A stretch of DNA of 64,000 bases from Candidatus Obscuribacteraceae bacterium (lineage in GTDB: Bacteria > Cyanobacteriota > Vampirovibrionia > Obscuribacterales > Obscuribacteraceae). Both the position numbers and the translations under genes were made by a program. Below are positions 49,844-58,981 of the stretch, piece after piece (the stretch's first letter is position 1; each line of letters opens with the position of its first letter). Under the pieces are notes generated by a model. It was not told where the DNA came from and did not search any database. It worked only from the letters and a program-made list of their open reading frames with translations. Location of the stretch: the NCBI GenBank assembly GCA_044229845.1, contig JBGASG010000001.1, forward strand, positions 960,001 to 1,024,000, read 5' to 3'.

Positions 49844-51475
49844 ATGTCAGCCCAATCACAACCGCAATCAAAATCGAATTTGCAAGCTGAAGCACAAGCG
49901 GTGACTAGACCCGATGCCGCCACGCTTGCCGATGCGGTGCCGATGAAAAGTTGGATCGCCGTTTTCGGTGTGGCACTGGGCGCTTTCATGGCGGTGCTCG
50001 ACATTCAGATCACCAACTCGTCCATGGCCGATATTCAGGGCACACTTGGTGCCACTCTTGATGAAGGTTCATGGATCGCCACCTCGTATCTGGTCGCTGA
50101 GATTATGGTGATACCGCTGACAGCTTTGTTTAGCCGCGTCTTCTCAACTCGCCGCTATCTGCTGGCTACGGCCGCGCTTTTCGTTGTGTTCTCTGTTGCC
50201 TGTGCTTTCTCGTGGAACCTGCAAGCGATGATTGTTTTCCGTATGGCTCAGGGCTTCACAGGTGGTGCGCTGATTCCTATGGCAATGACCACAATGATGA
50301 CCCAGCTTCCCAAAGCCAAGCAGCCCATCGGAATGGCAATCTTTGGACTCACTGCGACATTTGCTCCGTCCATCGGACCTGCGCTGGGCGGTTGGTTGAC
50401 CAGCAACTTCGGATGGAAATACATCTTCTTCCTCAACATACTGCCTGGCATCGCCATGATGTCCGCGATTGCTTATTCGTTTCCTAAACAAAAAATGCAG
50501 CTGGAAATTCTCAGGACAGTCGATTGGTTCAGCGTACTGGCAATGGCTGTCGGACTCGGTTCGCTGGAAGTCGTATTGGAAGAAGGCAATCGCAAAGACT
50601 GGTTCGGTTCGCCTCTGATTCTCAATCTGGCAATTGTCGCCGCTATTACGCTGACGTTCTTCCTCTGGCGCCAACTGACCGCCAAGCAACCATTTATCAA
50701 CTTGCGTTTGCTTGGCGAACGAAACTTCGGCGTCGGTGCCACCGCTAACGTTATCCTGGGGATGGGCATGTACGGCTCGATCTACGTGCTGCCGATGTAT
50801 TTGACCCAAATCCAGGGCTACGATGCGCAGCAGATCGGTGGCGTATTGATGTGGATGGGACTGCCTCAATTGTTTATCGTGCCGTTTATTCCTAAGCTGA
50901 TGCAGAAGATCGATCCGCGCATCATGATCGCGGTCGGATTAATCGTTTTCGGCGGCAGCTCTGTTATGAACGCGTTCATGACTGCCGACCACTCAGGCGA
51001 TCAACTGGCTTTTGCCCAGGTGGTGCGCGCGCTGGGTCAGCCGTTGATCATGATTCCGCTCTCGTCTCTGGCGATGTCGCGTATCGCGCCTGAGCAAGCA
51101 GCGTCCGCCTCCGCACTCTTCAATATGCTGCGCAACCTTGGCGGTTCCGTCGGCATTGCCCTGATCTCCACATTCCTGACCCGCCGCGAGCAGTTTCATT
51201 CCAATATCATTGGACAGTCGGTGACGTTGTTTGATCCAGCTACGCAAGATAGGCTGAATCAAATGACGGCCAGCTTCGCTGCTCGCGGCGCGGACATGTG
51301 GACGGCGCATCAACAAGCCTTTGCCATGATCGACCGGCTGGTGCGCCGCGAGTCATTCATCATGGCGTTCAACGATTGTTTCTTCTTTTTTGGCTGTGTC
51401 CTGATAGTTGCCGCCGGCACCGCGTTTATTTTGAAAAAGGCGCAGTCAGGCGGGTCCGCCGCCGGTGCCCATTAA
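49844..51475 (+). CDS. emrB: DHA2 family MFS efflux permease (EmrB-like)
   Basis: FMAVLDIQITN, W..TSYLVAE, FRMAQGFTGG, APSIGPALGGW and RNLGGSVG motifs. Confidence 0.93.
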   Translation: MSAQSQPQSKSNLQAEAQAVTRPDAATLADAVPMKSWIAVFGVALGAFMAVLDIQITNSSMADIQGTLGATLDEGSWIATSYLVAEIMVIPLTALFSRVFSTRRYLLATAALFVVFSVACAFSWNLQAMIVFRMAQGFTGGALIPMAMTTMMTQLPKAKQPIGMAIFGLTATFAPSIGPALGGWLTSNFGWKYIFFLNILPGIAMMSAIAYSFPKQKMQLEILRTVDWFSVLAMAVGLGSLEVVLEEGNRKDWFGSPLILNLAIVAAITLTFFLWRQLTAKQPFINLRLLGERNFGVGATANVILGMGMYGSIYVLPMYLTQIQGYDAQQIGGVLMWMGLPQLFIVPFIPKLMQKIDPRIMIAVGLIVFGGSSVMNAFMTADHSGDQLAFAQVVRALGQPLIMIPLSSLAMSRIAPEQAASASALFNMLRNLGGSVGIALISTFLTRREQFHSNIIGQSVTLFDPATQDRLNQMTASFAARGADMWTAHQQAFAMIDRLVRRESFIMAFNDCFFFFGCVLIVAAGTAFILKKAQSGGSAAGAH

Positions 51476-51528
51476 ACAGATCTCTACCGGCGCCATTGGA
51501 TCGAAGTCTCTGCGCCAGAGGGTCAAGC

Positions 51529-51638
51529 GGTCTGCATCAGTTTTGATGCAGGAGCTGTCGATTTTGCTTGCCGACTGCTCAAAAAACCGGTGTGCTGACG
51601 CAAAAATCGGGTTGGCTGCGTCAATACTGATGCAAACC
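51529..51638. repeat. ~110-bp dispersed inverted-repeat element, copy 2 (opposite orientation to copy 1)
   Basis: Reverse complement matches 21138-21243, including CGATTTTTGC and CCGGTTTTTTGAGCAGTCGGCA. Confidence 0.85.
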
Positions 51639-51703
51639 ATCTCGACGCACCCCTGAGCAGGTCGCAGCGCGCGTTGGTGTGGGACACCCTGTTGGTCAAT
51701 GAG

Positions 51704-53026
51704 TTACGGTGTCAGGCGGTTGCGGTCGCGTGGAAATAGCGACGCCAGCTTGACGTTTGGCAGACCAAGCAGTTGTTTGGCCAGGCGTTCCAGACCGATC
51801 GCCAGACCGCCGTGTGGTGGCATGCCGTACTTGAAGCACTGCAGGTAGTCGCCGAAGTCGGCAGGGTTCATGCCGCGTGCGGCGATACTGCCGACCAGTT
51901 GCTCGTATTCATGAATACGCTGTCCGCCGGTTGTGATCTCCAATCCGTTGTAGAGCAAGTCGAAACTGTGCGTCATGCCCTCAGCAGTCGGCATGGCGTA
52001 AAACGGACGCACGTCCTTCGGATAACTGGTCACATAAACCAGCGGCACACCTTCAGCGGTTTGGAAATGCTCGCACAAAAGTTTCTCAGCGTCGGCATCG
52101 AGGTCGAGGCTCTCAGCGTCCGCAGGGCGCTTCCACCCAAGTTTTGTGCGCAGCAAAGTGTGCGCCTCTTCCAGAGTCAGCTGCGGTATTTGCGAAAACA
52201 CGGGTACCGTGGCACCCCAGAGCGCTAACTCGTGCTCACAGTTCTCGCGCACCGAGGCAAACATGTGCTGCAGCAGTTTGACCTGCATTGCCATCACATC
52301 TTGCTCGCTCTCGATGAAACCCATCTCAAAGTCCATGCTGATGTATTCATTGAGGTGGCGTGTCGTGTCGTGCTCTTCGGCGCGGTACACTGGTCCGATT
52401 TCGAACACGCGTTCGAACACGCCGACCATCATTTGTTTGTAGAACTGCGGACTCTGGGCAAGAAACGCTTTTTTGCCGAAGTAGTCGACGGCGAACAGCG
52501 CCGCACCGCCCTCGGTGCCGGTGGCGACCAGCTTTGGCGAGTGGATTTCGGTAAATTGCTGCCCGGTGAGAAACTCACGAAAAGCCCGGCAGAACTCGGC
52601 TTCCAGTTTGAAGACGGCGCGCACTTTCTCGGCGCGCAGGGTCAAGGGACGGTAGTCGAGCATCGCGGAGAGCGACAGACTGTCTACCTTGGAAGACTTG
52701 TTGACTTCGACAGGTATGGTTTCACGGGACGCCGAGAGCGGTTCCACGGAGATCAGGTGGATTTCGTTGCTCGCGGGTTTTCCGTTGCTCTGCGCCGCAG
52801 CCACCCTGCCGGTGACGCGGACCGGGGTTTCCAAACCAAGCCCCGACACCTGCGCGACCAGAGCCTCGTTGTCTGCAATCAACTGAATGATGCCTGAGCG
52901 GTCGCGCAGCAGCACGAAGGCAATCTTGCCGAGTTTGCGAATGGCGTGCACGAAACCGCTGAGCGTCACTTCGCTGCCGACGCTCTGCTGGGGTACTTCT
53001 TCGACTAACGTCGCTTGGCTGTTCAT
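51704..53026 (-). CDS. aspS: Non-discriminating (archaeal-type) aspartyl-tRNA(Asp/Asn) synthetase
   Basis: 440 aa, too short to hold the bacterial GAD insert; GFVHAIR, LAQSPQFYKQMM, YRAEEHDTTRHLNEY and YGMPPHGGLAIGLERL motifs. Confidence 0.93.
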   Translation of the reverse strand: MNSQATLVEEVPQQSVGSEVTLSGFVHAIRKLGKIAFVLLRDRSGIIQLIADNEALVAQVSGLGLETPVRVTGRVAAAQSNGKPASNEIHLISVEPLSASRETIPVEVNKSSKVDSLSLSAMLDYRPLTLRAEKVRAVFKLEAEFCRAFREFLTGQQFTEIHSPKLVATGTEGGAALFAVDYFGKKAFLAQSPQFYKQMMVGVFERVFEIGPVYRAEEHDTTRHLNEYISMDFEMGFIESEQDVMAMQVKLLQHMFASVRENCEHELALWGATVPVFSQIPQLTLEEAHTLLRTKLGWKRPADAESLDLDADAEKLLCEHFQTAEGVPLVYVTSYPKDVRPFYAMPTAEGMTHSFDLLYNGLEITTGGQRIHEYEQLVGSIAARGMNPADFGDYLQCFKYGMPPHGGLAIGLERLAKQLLGLPNVKLASLFPRDRNRLTP

Positions 53027-53043
53027 GGTCTTCCTTTATCTCC

Positions 53044-53077
53044 AAAATAAAAAACCGCGAGGCTTGTGCTTCGCGGT
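53044..53077 (-). terminator. Attenuator (intrinsic terminator) in the aspS 5' leader
   Basis: Minus strand ACCGCGA-AGCACAAGCC-UCGCGGU followed by UUUUUAUUUU, ending 17 nt before the aspS ATG. Confidence 0.85.
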
Positions 53078-53105
53078 CCTGACTTGTTTGATGCTTCTTT
53101 GAGAA

Positions 53106-53237
53106 TTAGCGATGCAAACAGTAGGACCGCGAGCGGTCGTTATTGTCAGCATCGTTATTATTAGCGTTAGCCGCCGCAAAACTACCGAAGCTGGCGCTCC
53201 GGGCGTTATTTGCTTTAACTGTGGCTAGTGCTTGCAT
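53106..53237 (-). CDS. Asn/Asp-rich leader peptide of aspS (43 aa)
   Basis: MQALATVKANNARSASFGSFAAANANNNDADNNDRSRSYCLHR; its 3' end contains the antiterminator strand. Confidence 0.8.
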   Translation of the reverse strand: MQALATVKANNARSASFGSFAAANANNNDADNNDRSRSYCLHR

Positions 53238-53246
53238 ACAAGGCGA

Positions 53247-53276
53247 AGGATAATCCCGACCCCCCTGCCGCGTCAA
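53247..53276 (-). promoter_or_regulatory. Sigma70-type promoter for the leader-aspS transcript
   Basis: Minus strand TTGACG, 18 nt, TATCCT; only 9 nt lie between the -10 box and the leader ATG. Confidence 0.6.
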
Positions 53277-53300
53277 CTCATTGTGAATTTCTAAGGCCGC

Positions 53301-54572
53301 GTGTGGGGTATATTGGCTTTCGTGAGTTCGAATAAGCATCTCTACTATGTCACCAATCGCAAGGAGAGCAGCCCCGCTGGTGTCCACGCGGAGCCTGGGA
53401 AAAGCGGGCAGCGGTACAGGTTCTTTGGTCCTCATCGCAGTCAGGACCTTGCGGTCGGACAATTCGGAATCGAAAATGATGAGATCGTACTCACCAATTT
53501 GGCTGGAATCGAGTCCATCGAGATCACTCCTGACTCGCGTGTTGTTGTCTTCGTTCCGGGATACAACACGCGTTTTGCCGACAGTCTGGTGGTCCTAAGT
53601 CAATTACACCAAGCCCTTCTGTCCACGAGCGATCTGGTTTGTATTCTGTTTTCGTGGCCTTCAATGGGGTCTGCGTTCGCGTACATGCAGGATGAATGCT
53701 CCGTCCAGTTCAGTTACCCGCACTTCAAACTGTTGATCGATTCGATTGCGAAGCGATTAAGCAGCCACTCTCAGTTAAGCCTTGTAGGGCACAGTCTCGG
53801 CTGTCAGCTCGTGCATAGATATGTACTCGACAGAACTGCTCGCGAAGGCAAGTCTGCCGGCATGGTAGTTCTCTCTTCGCCTGACATAGACTATCAAACC
53901 GCTACGCTCGAGTCAGAGCGGCTAAAGTTCTCCGCGGGTATAGACTCGGGCTTCATTCTGGTGAGCGACGTGGATGGTCCTCTGGAAGTCTCGCGTTCGC
54001 TGCATGGTTATACGCGGTTGGGAAGACCATCTCTTTCGACGATGCGCAGTCTCTTTTGGGGAACGTTCCGCACCGGATCGCTCACGAACATTTTTTCCAC
54101 CATTGCTCATGTCCCGATATTTCTGATGGAGCAAGCGATCCGCTGGGTGAAATGCGGACTCAAAGACCCAGATCAAGTCTGGCAGGAGCAAAACCAGGGT
54201 AATGGAATCGCTTTTGCGGACAACATCTCGCTGTTCGATTTCACCAGGGCGGATCGCATGCAAAGGCGATTTGGACACACCGTGTGTGTTGATCTGGTGG
54301 CATCGCTTTTGAGTTCCGGAAGCCCACCGGCAGGGTGGGACCAACGGACAATCGTAAAGATACCCGACGAATACGGATATCGAGAATGTTTCCTCCTGCC
54401 GTATTCTCGACACAATCCCTACGGGCAAGATCAGGTGACGCTATTTAGTTACCGCCAATTGATCCCTCCGGCAAATGGACAGCAGCAGCTACATGGGGAG
54501 GCTGGGGGCGGGGTTGTCTTTGGTGACCTTGCTGTACCAGTCGCCGGGGTGGCGGACGACGATGCCGGCTAA
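53301..54572 (+). CDS. DUF900-like alpha/beta hydrolase
   Basis: YYVTNR, VFVPGYN, FSWPS, nucleophile elbow GHSLG, SPDID and RLG motifs; start uncertain. Confidence 0.8.
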   Translation: MWGILAFVSSNKHLYYVTNRKESSPAGVHAEPGKSGQRYRFFGPHRSQDLAVGQFGIENDEIVLTNLAGIESIEITPDSRVVVFVPGYNTRFADSLVVLSQLHQALLSTSDLVCILFSWPSMGSAFAYMQDECSVQFSYPHFKLLIDSIAKRLSSHSQLSLVGHSLGCQLVHRYVLDRTAREGKSAGMVVLSSPDIDYQTATLESERLKFSAGIDSGFILVSDVDGPLEVSRSLHGYTRLGRPSLSTMRSLFWGTFRTGSLTNIFSTIAHVPIFLMEQAIRWVKCGLKDPDQVWQEQNQGNGIAFADNISLFDFTRADRMQRRFGHTVCVDLVASLLSSGSPPAGWDQRTIVKIPDEYGYRECFLLPYSRHNPYGQDQVTLFSYRQLIPPANGQQQLHGEAGGGVVFGDLAVPVAGVADDDAG

Positions 54573-55658
54573 TTCGAGCATCGTCAGAGTCGCTGACATT
54601 TCACCGGCCGGCATACCGGTGCGTTCGCACAGTACATCAAAGTGGGTCGGAACTTCGACGAGCAGATCATAGATTTCTTTCTCGCGTCCAAATAGTTCAA
54701 CGACTGTCGGTACCATATGTGGTGCTTCAACCTTCACCCAGTTCATTTCCTTGAGCAGGTCTTCGGCGCTGGCGATCAGGTGCGCTTTGCGATTGATTAC
54801 CAGCGCATTCGATCCCTTGAACGTGGGGCTGTCGATACGACCGGGAATGACAAACACTTCGCCGCCACTGTCGAAAGCCATGTGGGCCGTGATCAAAGCG
54901 CCGGAACTCTCTGGTGCTTCGACGATCGTGATGGCTTGGGAAATGCCGGCTACGATGCGGTTTCTCTGAGGAAACATCCACTTGTCCGGCTGTGTGCCGG
55001 GGAAATATTCGGACACAACGCAACCGTTGTTGGACAGAATGGCGTCATAGAGTTTTTTATTGGGTGGTGGGTAAATCACATCGACACCGCCGGCCAGCAC
55101 GGCAATAGTGACGCCACCACCTTCGATGGCGCCCCAGTGCGCTGCGGAGTCGATGCCTGACGCCATGCCGCTGGCGATGATGCACCCGGACTGCACCAGT
55201 TGTTGCGAGATGTCCCTGGCAGTCTTCAAACCGTATTGTGTCGCCTTGCGAGTCCCGACAATCGCGCACACATAATTAAGCCGTTGCGGCGGCGGGAAGT
55301 TGCCGCGCGCGTAAATCACCATCGGTGGTTCGTGGGCATGCCGCAGCTTAAAAGGGTAGGCAGGGTCGACGAAGGTTATCGCTTCCACGTCGGTTTTGCG
55401 CAGCCGAGCCAGAATTTCGTCTGGGTTGCAAGTTTTGCGAAACGCGGCAAGTTTCTTGAGTATCACCGGAGTGAATAGGTCTGCGCTGACGCCTCGCAAT
55501 TCGTCATCCGAAGCATGCCAGGCAACTTCCATGCTCCGAAAGCGGTCCAAGAGCAACGCGATTTTCTTACTGCCCAGCAGGTTATGGTCCTGCGTGAGTG
55601 CAAGCCAGTATTTCAGCTCGTCGTCGGGGACGCGGTCGTCTTTGTTGCTATAGCCCAT
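54489..55658 (-). CDS. dprA: DNA-processing protein DprA
   Basis: AIVGTRKAT.YG, SGMASGIDSAAH, FPQRNRIVAG, SGALITA and a C-terminal winged helix (LTMLELAG); start uncertain (55658 or 55751). Confidence 0.95.
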   Translation of the reverse strand: MGYSNKDDRVPDDELKYWLALTQDHNLLGSKKIALLLDRFRSMEVAWHASDDELRGVSADLFTPVILKKLAAFRKTCNPDEILARLRKTDVEAITFVDPAYPFKLRHAHEPPMVIYARGNFPPPQRLNYVCAIVGTRKATQYGLKTARDISQQLVQSGCIIASGMASGIDSAAHWGAIEGGGVTIAVLAGGVDVIYPPPNKKLYDAILSNNGCVVSEYFPGTQPDKWMFPQRNRIVAGISQAITIVEAPESSGALITAHMAFDSGGEVFVIPGRIDSPTFKGSNALVINRKAHLIASAEDLLKEMNWVKVEAPHMVPTVVELFGREKEIYDLLVEVPTHFDVLCERTGMPAGEMSATLTMLELAGIVVRHPGDWYSKVTKDNPAPSLPM

Positions 55659-55843
55659 AGCGGGCAATTGTACCAACTGCCACGGGGGCAATTCCTCACC
55701 TGGTTTTGCCCCTGGTTTTGCCCCACAGACAAAGGGTGAGCAGCATTTCAACTTCCTTCGTAGATTCCCCAGTTACAGACCCCTGATTCATTCCTATATT
55801 AGGTTCCTCATCTGCCGAACAATTTGAAAAGGTATCTCTGGAA

Positions 55844-56656
55844 GTGCGAATTCCCGGCTCTATTCCCGCCCTCATCGCCATGGCAGGCGCCACCCTGCTG
55901 CTGATGCTGGCGGGCGCGCAGATGCCGGTCGGAGCACAGCAGATGCAAGACTTTCAGCAACAGAGCGTCGACAACGCCAGTTTTTCTCTGCAAGCATCGA
56001 TGACCGAGCGCCCGCGCCTGACCCGCGAAGAAGTGAATCCGGCGGCGGTGGGTGTGCCGACCATAGCTCAGTCTCCGTTTGGCGGAGCGTCCGTCATGCC
56101 GGTTGATCCGACCATCGCCCTCAACTCATTGCCGATCCAGGCAGCCGTGGCGCCTGCTCTGCCCCCGGCTACTCGCCCGGCGCTCAAATCCACGGCAGCG
56201 ACAACGGTCCACAAAGTCCCGTCCGCCTCGCTCAACGCCCATGCCAAAGCTGGACCAAATGACGACCTCTACTCGGTCGATTGGTCGCAATGGGTCACCC
56301 AGCTTGCTGATCGCTGGTTTTTTAACCTCAAGCGCCTGGAAACCATGACCGGGCGTGACTTCCACAGCCCGCGTGCGGCTCAAATTCGCTTTACCTGCTA
56401 TCCTGACGGCACAATTGGGAATATTTCACTCGAGCAAAGCTCAGGGGTTCCCACTTACGATCAATTGCAGATCCAAGCCCTGGTCCAAACCATGCCCGTG
56501 CACCCGTTCCCCCACGGCACACTGCGCAAAAGTGTGACACTTGTGCAAGGATGGGAAGCACATCCCCGGCGTCCGGGTGAATCCGACTTCCAACCCGGCA
56601 GTTTTGGACAAGGCTTTCCGCAGGAGAAAGTGAACAGATGGAATTTATCGCGGTAG
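55844..56656 (+). CDS. Secreted protein with TonB/TolA C-terminal-like domain
   Basis: Signal peptide, P/A-rich linker, IRFTCYPDGTIGNISLEQSSG...YD...AL...PFP; paralogous to 44062..44808. Confidence 0.65.
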   Translation: MRIPGSIPALIAMAGATLLLMLAGAQMPVGAQQMQDFQQQSVDNASFSLQASMTERPRLTREEVNPAAVGVPTIAQSPFGGASVMPVDPTIALNSLPIQAAVAPALPPATRPALKSTAATTVHKVPSASLNAHAKAGPNDDLYSVDWSQWVTQLADRWFFNLKRLETMTGRDFHSPRAAQIRFTCYPDGTIGNISLEQSSGVPTYDQLQIQALVQTMPVHPFPHGTLRKSVTLVQGWEAHPRRPGESDFQPGSFGQGFPQEKVNRWNLSR

Positions 56657-58110
56657 CCGCGGTCTGCTTCAGATACGCAGTTTATTCACTGGTCGCACTT
56701 ACCATTCTCTGCTCGACATCAATAAATATGCCGGCTCTAGCTGCTGATAAGTTGTCTGGTCAAGATGCCGCTATGGTTGGCGAACTCGAGCAGCGTCTCT
56801 TCTTCGTCAAATATGCCGACCAGGACGGCGAAGAACGGGTCGCTCGCATTGAGAAGCAAGTGTTCGGCGAAGCGATGCAGCAGCCATTTTCTGACCGTCT
56901 GGCTCGATTGCGCCAGATGCTCGAAGAGAAGAAGTCGCAAGAGGCTGCTCAACAAGAGGAGCAACAGCGCCAGCAACAAGCGTTGCAGCAAAAGCAGCAG
57001 CAGCAAAAACAACAAGTAATGCAGCAGCAACAGCAGCAGAACGATTTCGATCGCGCCCGCGAGAACATCATTAATGCTCGCGAGCAGGAAATCGGACAAC
57101 TGCTTTCAGAAGGTGTTGAGCTGTGGCGTCAGAAGCGCGCTCAGGAAGCAACCCAGCGATTTGAACAGGTGTTGCGCCTTGATCCTTCTAATGCGGAGGC
57201 GCACTTCAGTCTCGGCATTATCGAAGAGTCGACCGGTAATTTTGTCGAGGCACTTTCGAGCTATCAGCAGGCGGCGCAGGCTCAACCGCAAGTAAAAGAG
57301 TACGGCGAGGCGGTAAAAACTCTCGAGAAGAAACTGGCGCAGAAGCAGGTTGCGCAGGGCCAGCAAGCGGCTCTGCGGATGCTGGCCGAATCAGCTTCGG
57401 CCGCCTTCAAGCAAGGTGAGTATGTGAAAGCGCTGGACCTCTATAAGTCGCTTGACGCAAAGGCACCAAATCAGGCGCTCGTGAAATACAACATCGGCAC
57501 TTTGTATTTGATGGTCAAAGACTCGCAGAACGCTCTCAAATACTATGAGCAGGCCGTGAAGTTGAATCCTTCCGAGCAGCGCTATGTGAAAGCCTATTCC
57601 GAGCTGAAGGGACAGGTCGACATACTGAATGAGCGCATTGCGGAGAACAATCGCCAGTCAGAGCAATTGAAAAATCCCGGAAAGGCACCGAAAGCTAAGA
57701 AGGACAAAAACGGTAATTTCAAGCAGATGACACCGGATCAGATTCCGGCGTTTCCCGGTATGCCGAAAGGACGAGCTAGTTTTGGCGGCAATTCGCTGCC
57801 GCAAGCGACTCAGGCGGCGCCGCAGAGCCCCGTATTTGGTGGCTACCTCAATACGCCATTGGCTGATGTGATGTCCAAGTATGGTCTCGTCGGCAAGGGT
57901 TCCAATGAAGGTGTGCGTGTCACCACTGTTGGTATCGCCAGTCGCGCTTCTGCCGCCGGCATTCAGCCCGGCGATTCGATTCGCGCGGTCGACGGCAACG
58001 AGGTCTACGATCCCAAGCAAGTCAATGAAATTCTCTCGCGCAAAGGATTCAATCAGCCCGTGCAAATGATGATTATGCGCAACGGCAACCTGGCAGTTAT
58101 CAATCTATAA
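56638..58110 (+). CDS. TPR-repeat protein with C-terminal PDZ domain
   Basis: TPRs (EATQRFEQVLRLDPSNAEAHFSLG; ALKYYEQAVKLNP); poly-Q tract; PDZ motif ASAAGIQPGDSIRAVDG. Confidence 0.85.
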   Translation: MEFIAVAAVCFRYAVYSLVALTILCSTSINMPALAADKLSGQDAAMVGELEQRLFFVKYADQDGEERVARIEKQVFGEAMQQPFSDRLARLRQMLEEKKSQEAAQQEEQQRQQQALQQKQQQQKQQVMQQQQQQNDFDRARENIINAREQEIGQLLSEGVELWRQKRAQEATQRFEQVLRLDPSNAEAHFSLGIIEESTGNFVEALSSYQQAAQAQPQVKEYGEAVKTLEKKLAQKQVAQGQQAALRMLAESASAAFKQGEYVKALDLYKSLDAKAPNQALVKYNIGTLYLMVKDSQNALKYYEQAVKLNPSEQRYVKAYSELKGQVDILNERIAENNRQSEQLKNPGKAPKAKKDKNGNFKQMTPDQIPAFPGMPKGRASFGGNSLPQATQAAPQSPVFGGYLNTPLADVMSKYGLVGKGSNEGVRVTTVGIASRASAAGIQPGDSIRAVDGNEVYDPKQVNEILSRKGFNQPVQMMIMRNGNLAVINL

Positions 58111-58114
58111 GTTA

Positions 58115-58954
58115 GTGAAACCGCGCTTTAGTCAGGGACACTTGCCTTCGTGCCAGACACTGGCGACGATTGGTGCGCTGTTGATGAACCAGCACGGTCA
58201 GCGAATGCTGCACGACATGGTGTCGCGGCAGGGTGACGATTACCTCGTCAAGTTTCCGGCGTTGAACGAGCCGGTACTGGTGCGAGCCGTGGAGTTTGGT
58301 ACGCGTGCGCCGGTCGGCTGGGATGTTGAGTTTTGCAATCGAGCGATTACCGCTCTGCGCAATGAATTCGACGGGGACGGCTACCTGTGGGTGATGCCGC
58401 TCGATCGCGGACCGTATGTTTCCGGTGATGATCTGGTGCAGGTGCTCGAGATTGCCTATGCCCGCTATCAGAAGGCGATGTTTCCTGAACGCTACGCCGA
58501 CGTGCCTGAGCAAACTCCGCTCGAGGTTTATCGAAACGGCAATTTCCACTTCCAGGCCGACGAGTCGATGCGCGATTTTACCGGATGGACGGTGAACACA
58601 CTTTACGGTGGTGCCAATGCCGCCGATAGTGTTTTGTCAATTGCCGACTATGCGGTCGAAAATGCCGAACACCTGGAGGCTGTCGAAAAGAAACTGGAAG
58701 AGCTCGCCGCAAATCGAGGCGGCTACGTTGCAACAGCGTGTTCGATTGGCCATCCGGCTTCCAAGACATATTTGGATCCGGGCAGCAAAATCAATCCATG
58801 GCATGACCATGTAATCAAGGAAGTGAACGCCAAAGAGCGAACTATTGCTCTAATCGACCCGTTCAACAGCCGAATTACCATGCTTCTTTACTTCGAAGAC
58901 TTCTTTCAGTACTTCTATTTGATTGCCGATGCTAAAGTACCCCTTAGTTCGTAA
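58115..58954 (+). CDS. Calpain/papain-like cysteine peptidase domain protein
   Basis: SQGHLPSCQTLA (Gln...Cys), DDYLVKFP, WHDHVI (His) and LIDPFN (Asp in place of the usual NPWG Asn). Confidence 0.6.
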   Translation: MKPRFSQGHLPSCQTLATIGALLMNQHGQRMLHDMVSRQGDDYLVKFPALNEPVLVRAVEFGTRAPVGWDVEFCNRAITALRNEFDGDGYLWVMPLDRGPYVSGDDLVQVLEIAYARYQKAMFPERYADVPEQTPLEVYRNGNFHFQADESMRDFTGWTVNTLYGGANAADSVLSIADYAVENAEHLEAVEKKLEELAANRGGYVATACSIGHPASKTYLDPGSKINPWHDHVIKEVNAKERTIALIDPFNSRITMLLYFEDFFQYFYLIADAKVPLSS

Positions 58955-58981
58955 TTTAACTCACCGGTCAAATCTGATGTC

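Noticed and set aside
53044..53237. T-box riboswitch upstream of aspS
   Set aside because: No T-box UGGNACC consensus or stem I motifs are visible; the leader-peptide model explains the sequence better.
53238..53462. 118-aa long version of the aspS leader ORF
   Set aside because: It overlaps the DUF900 gene on the opposite strand and spans the predicted promoter; the ATG at 53237 is more plausible.
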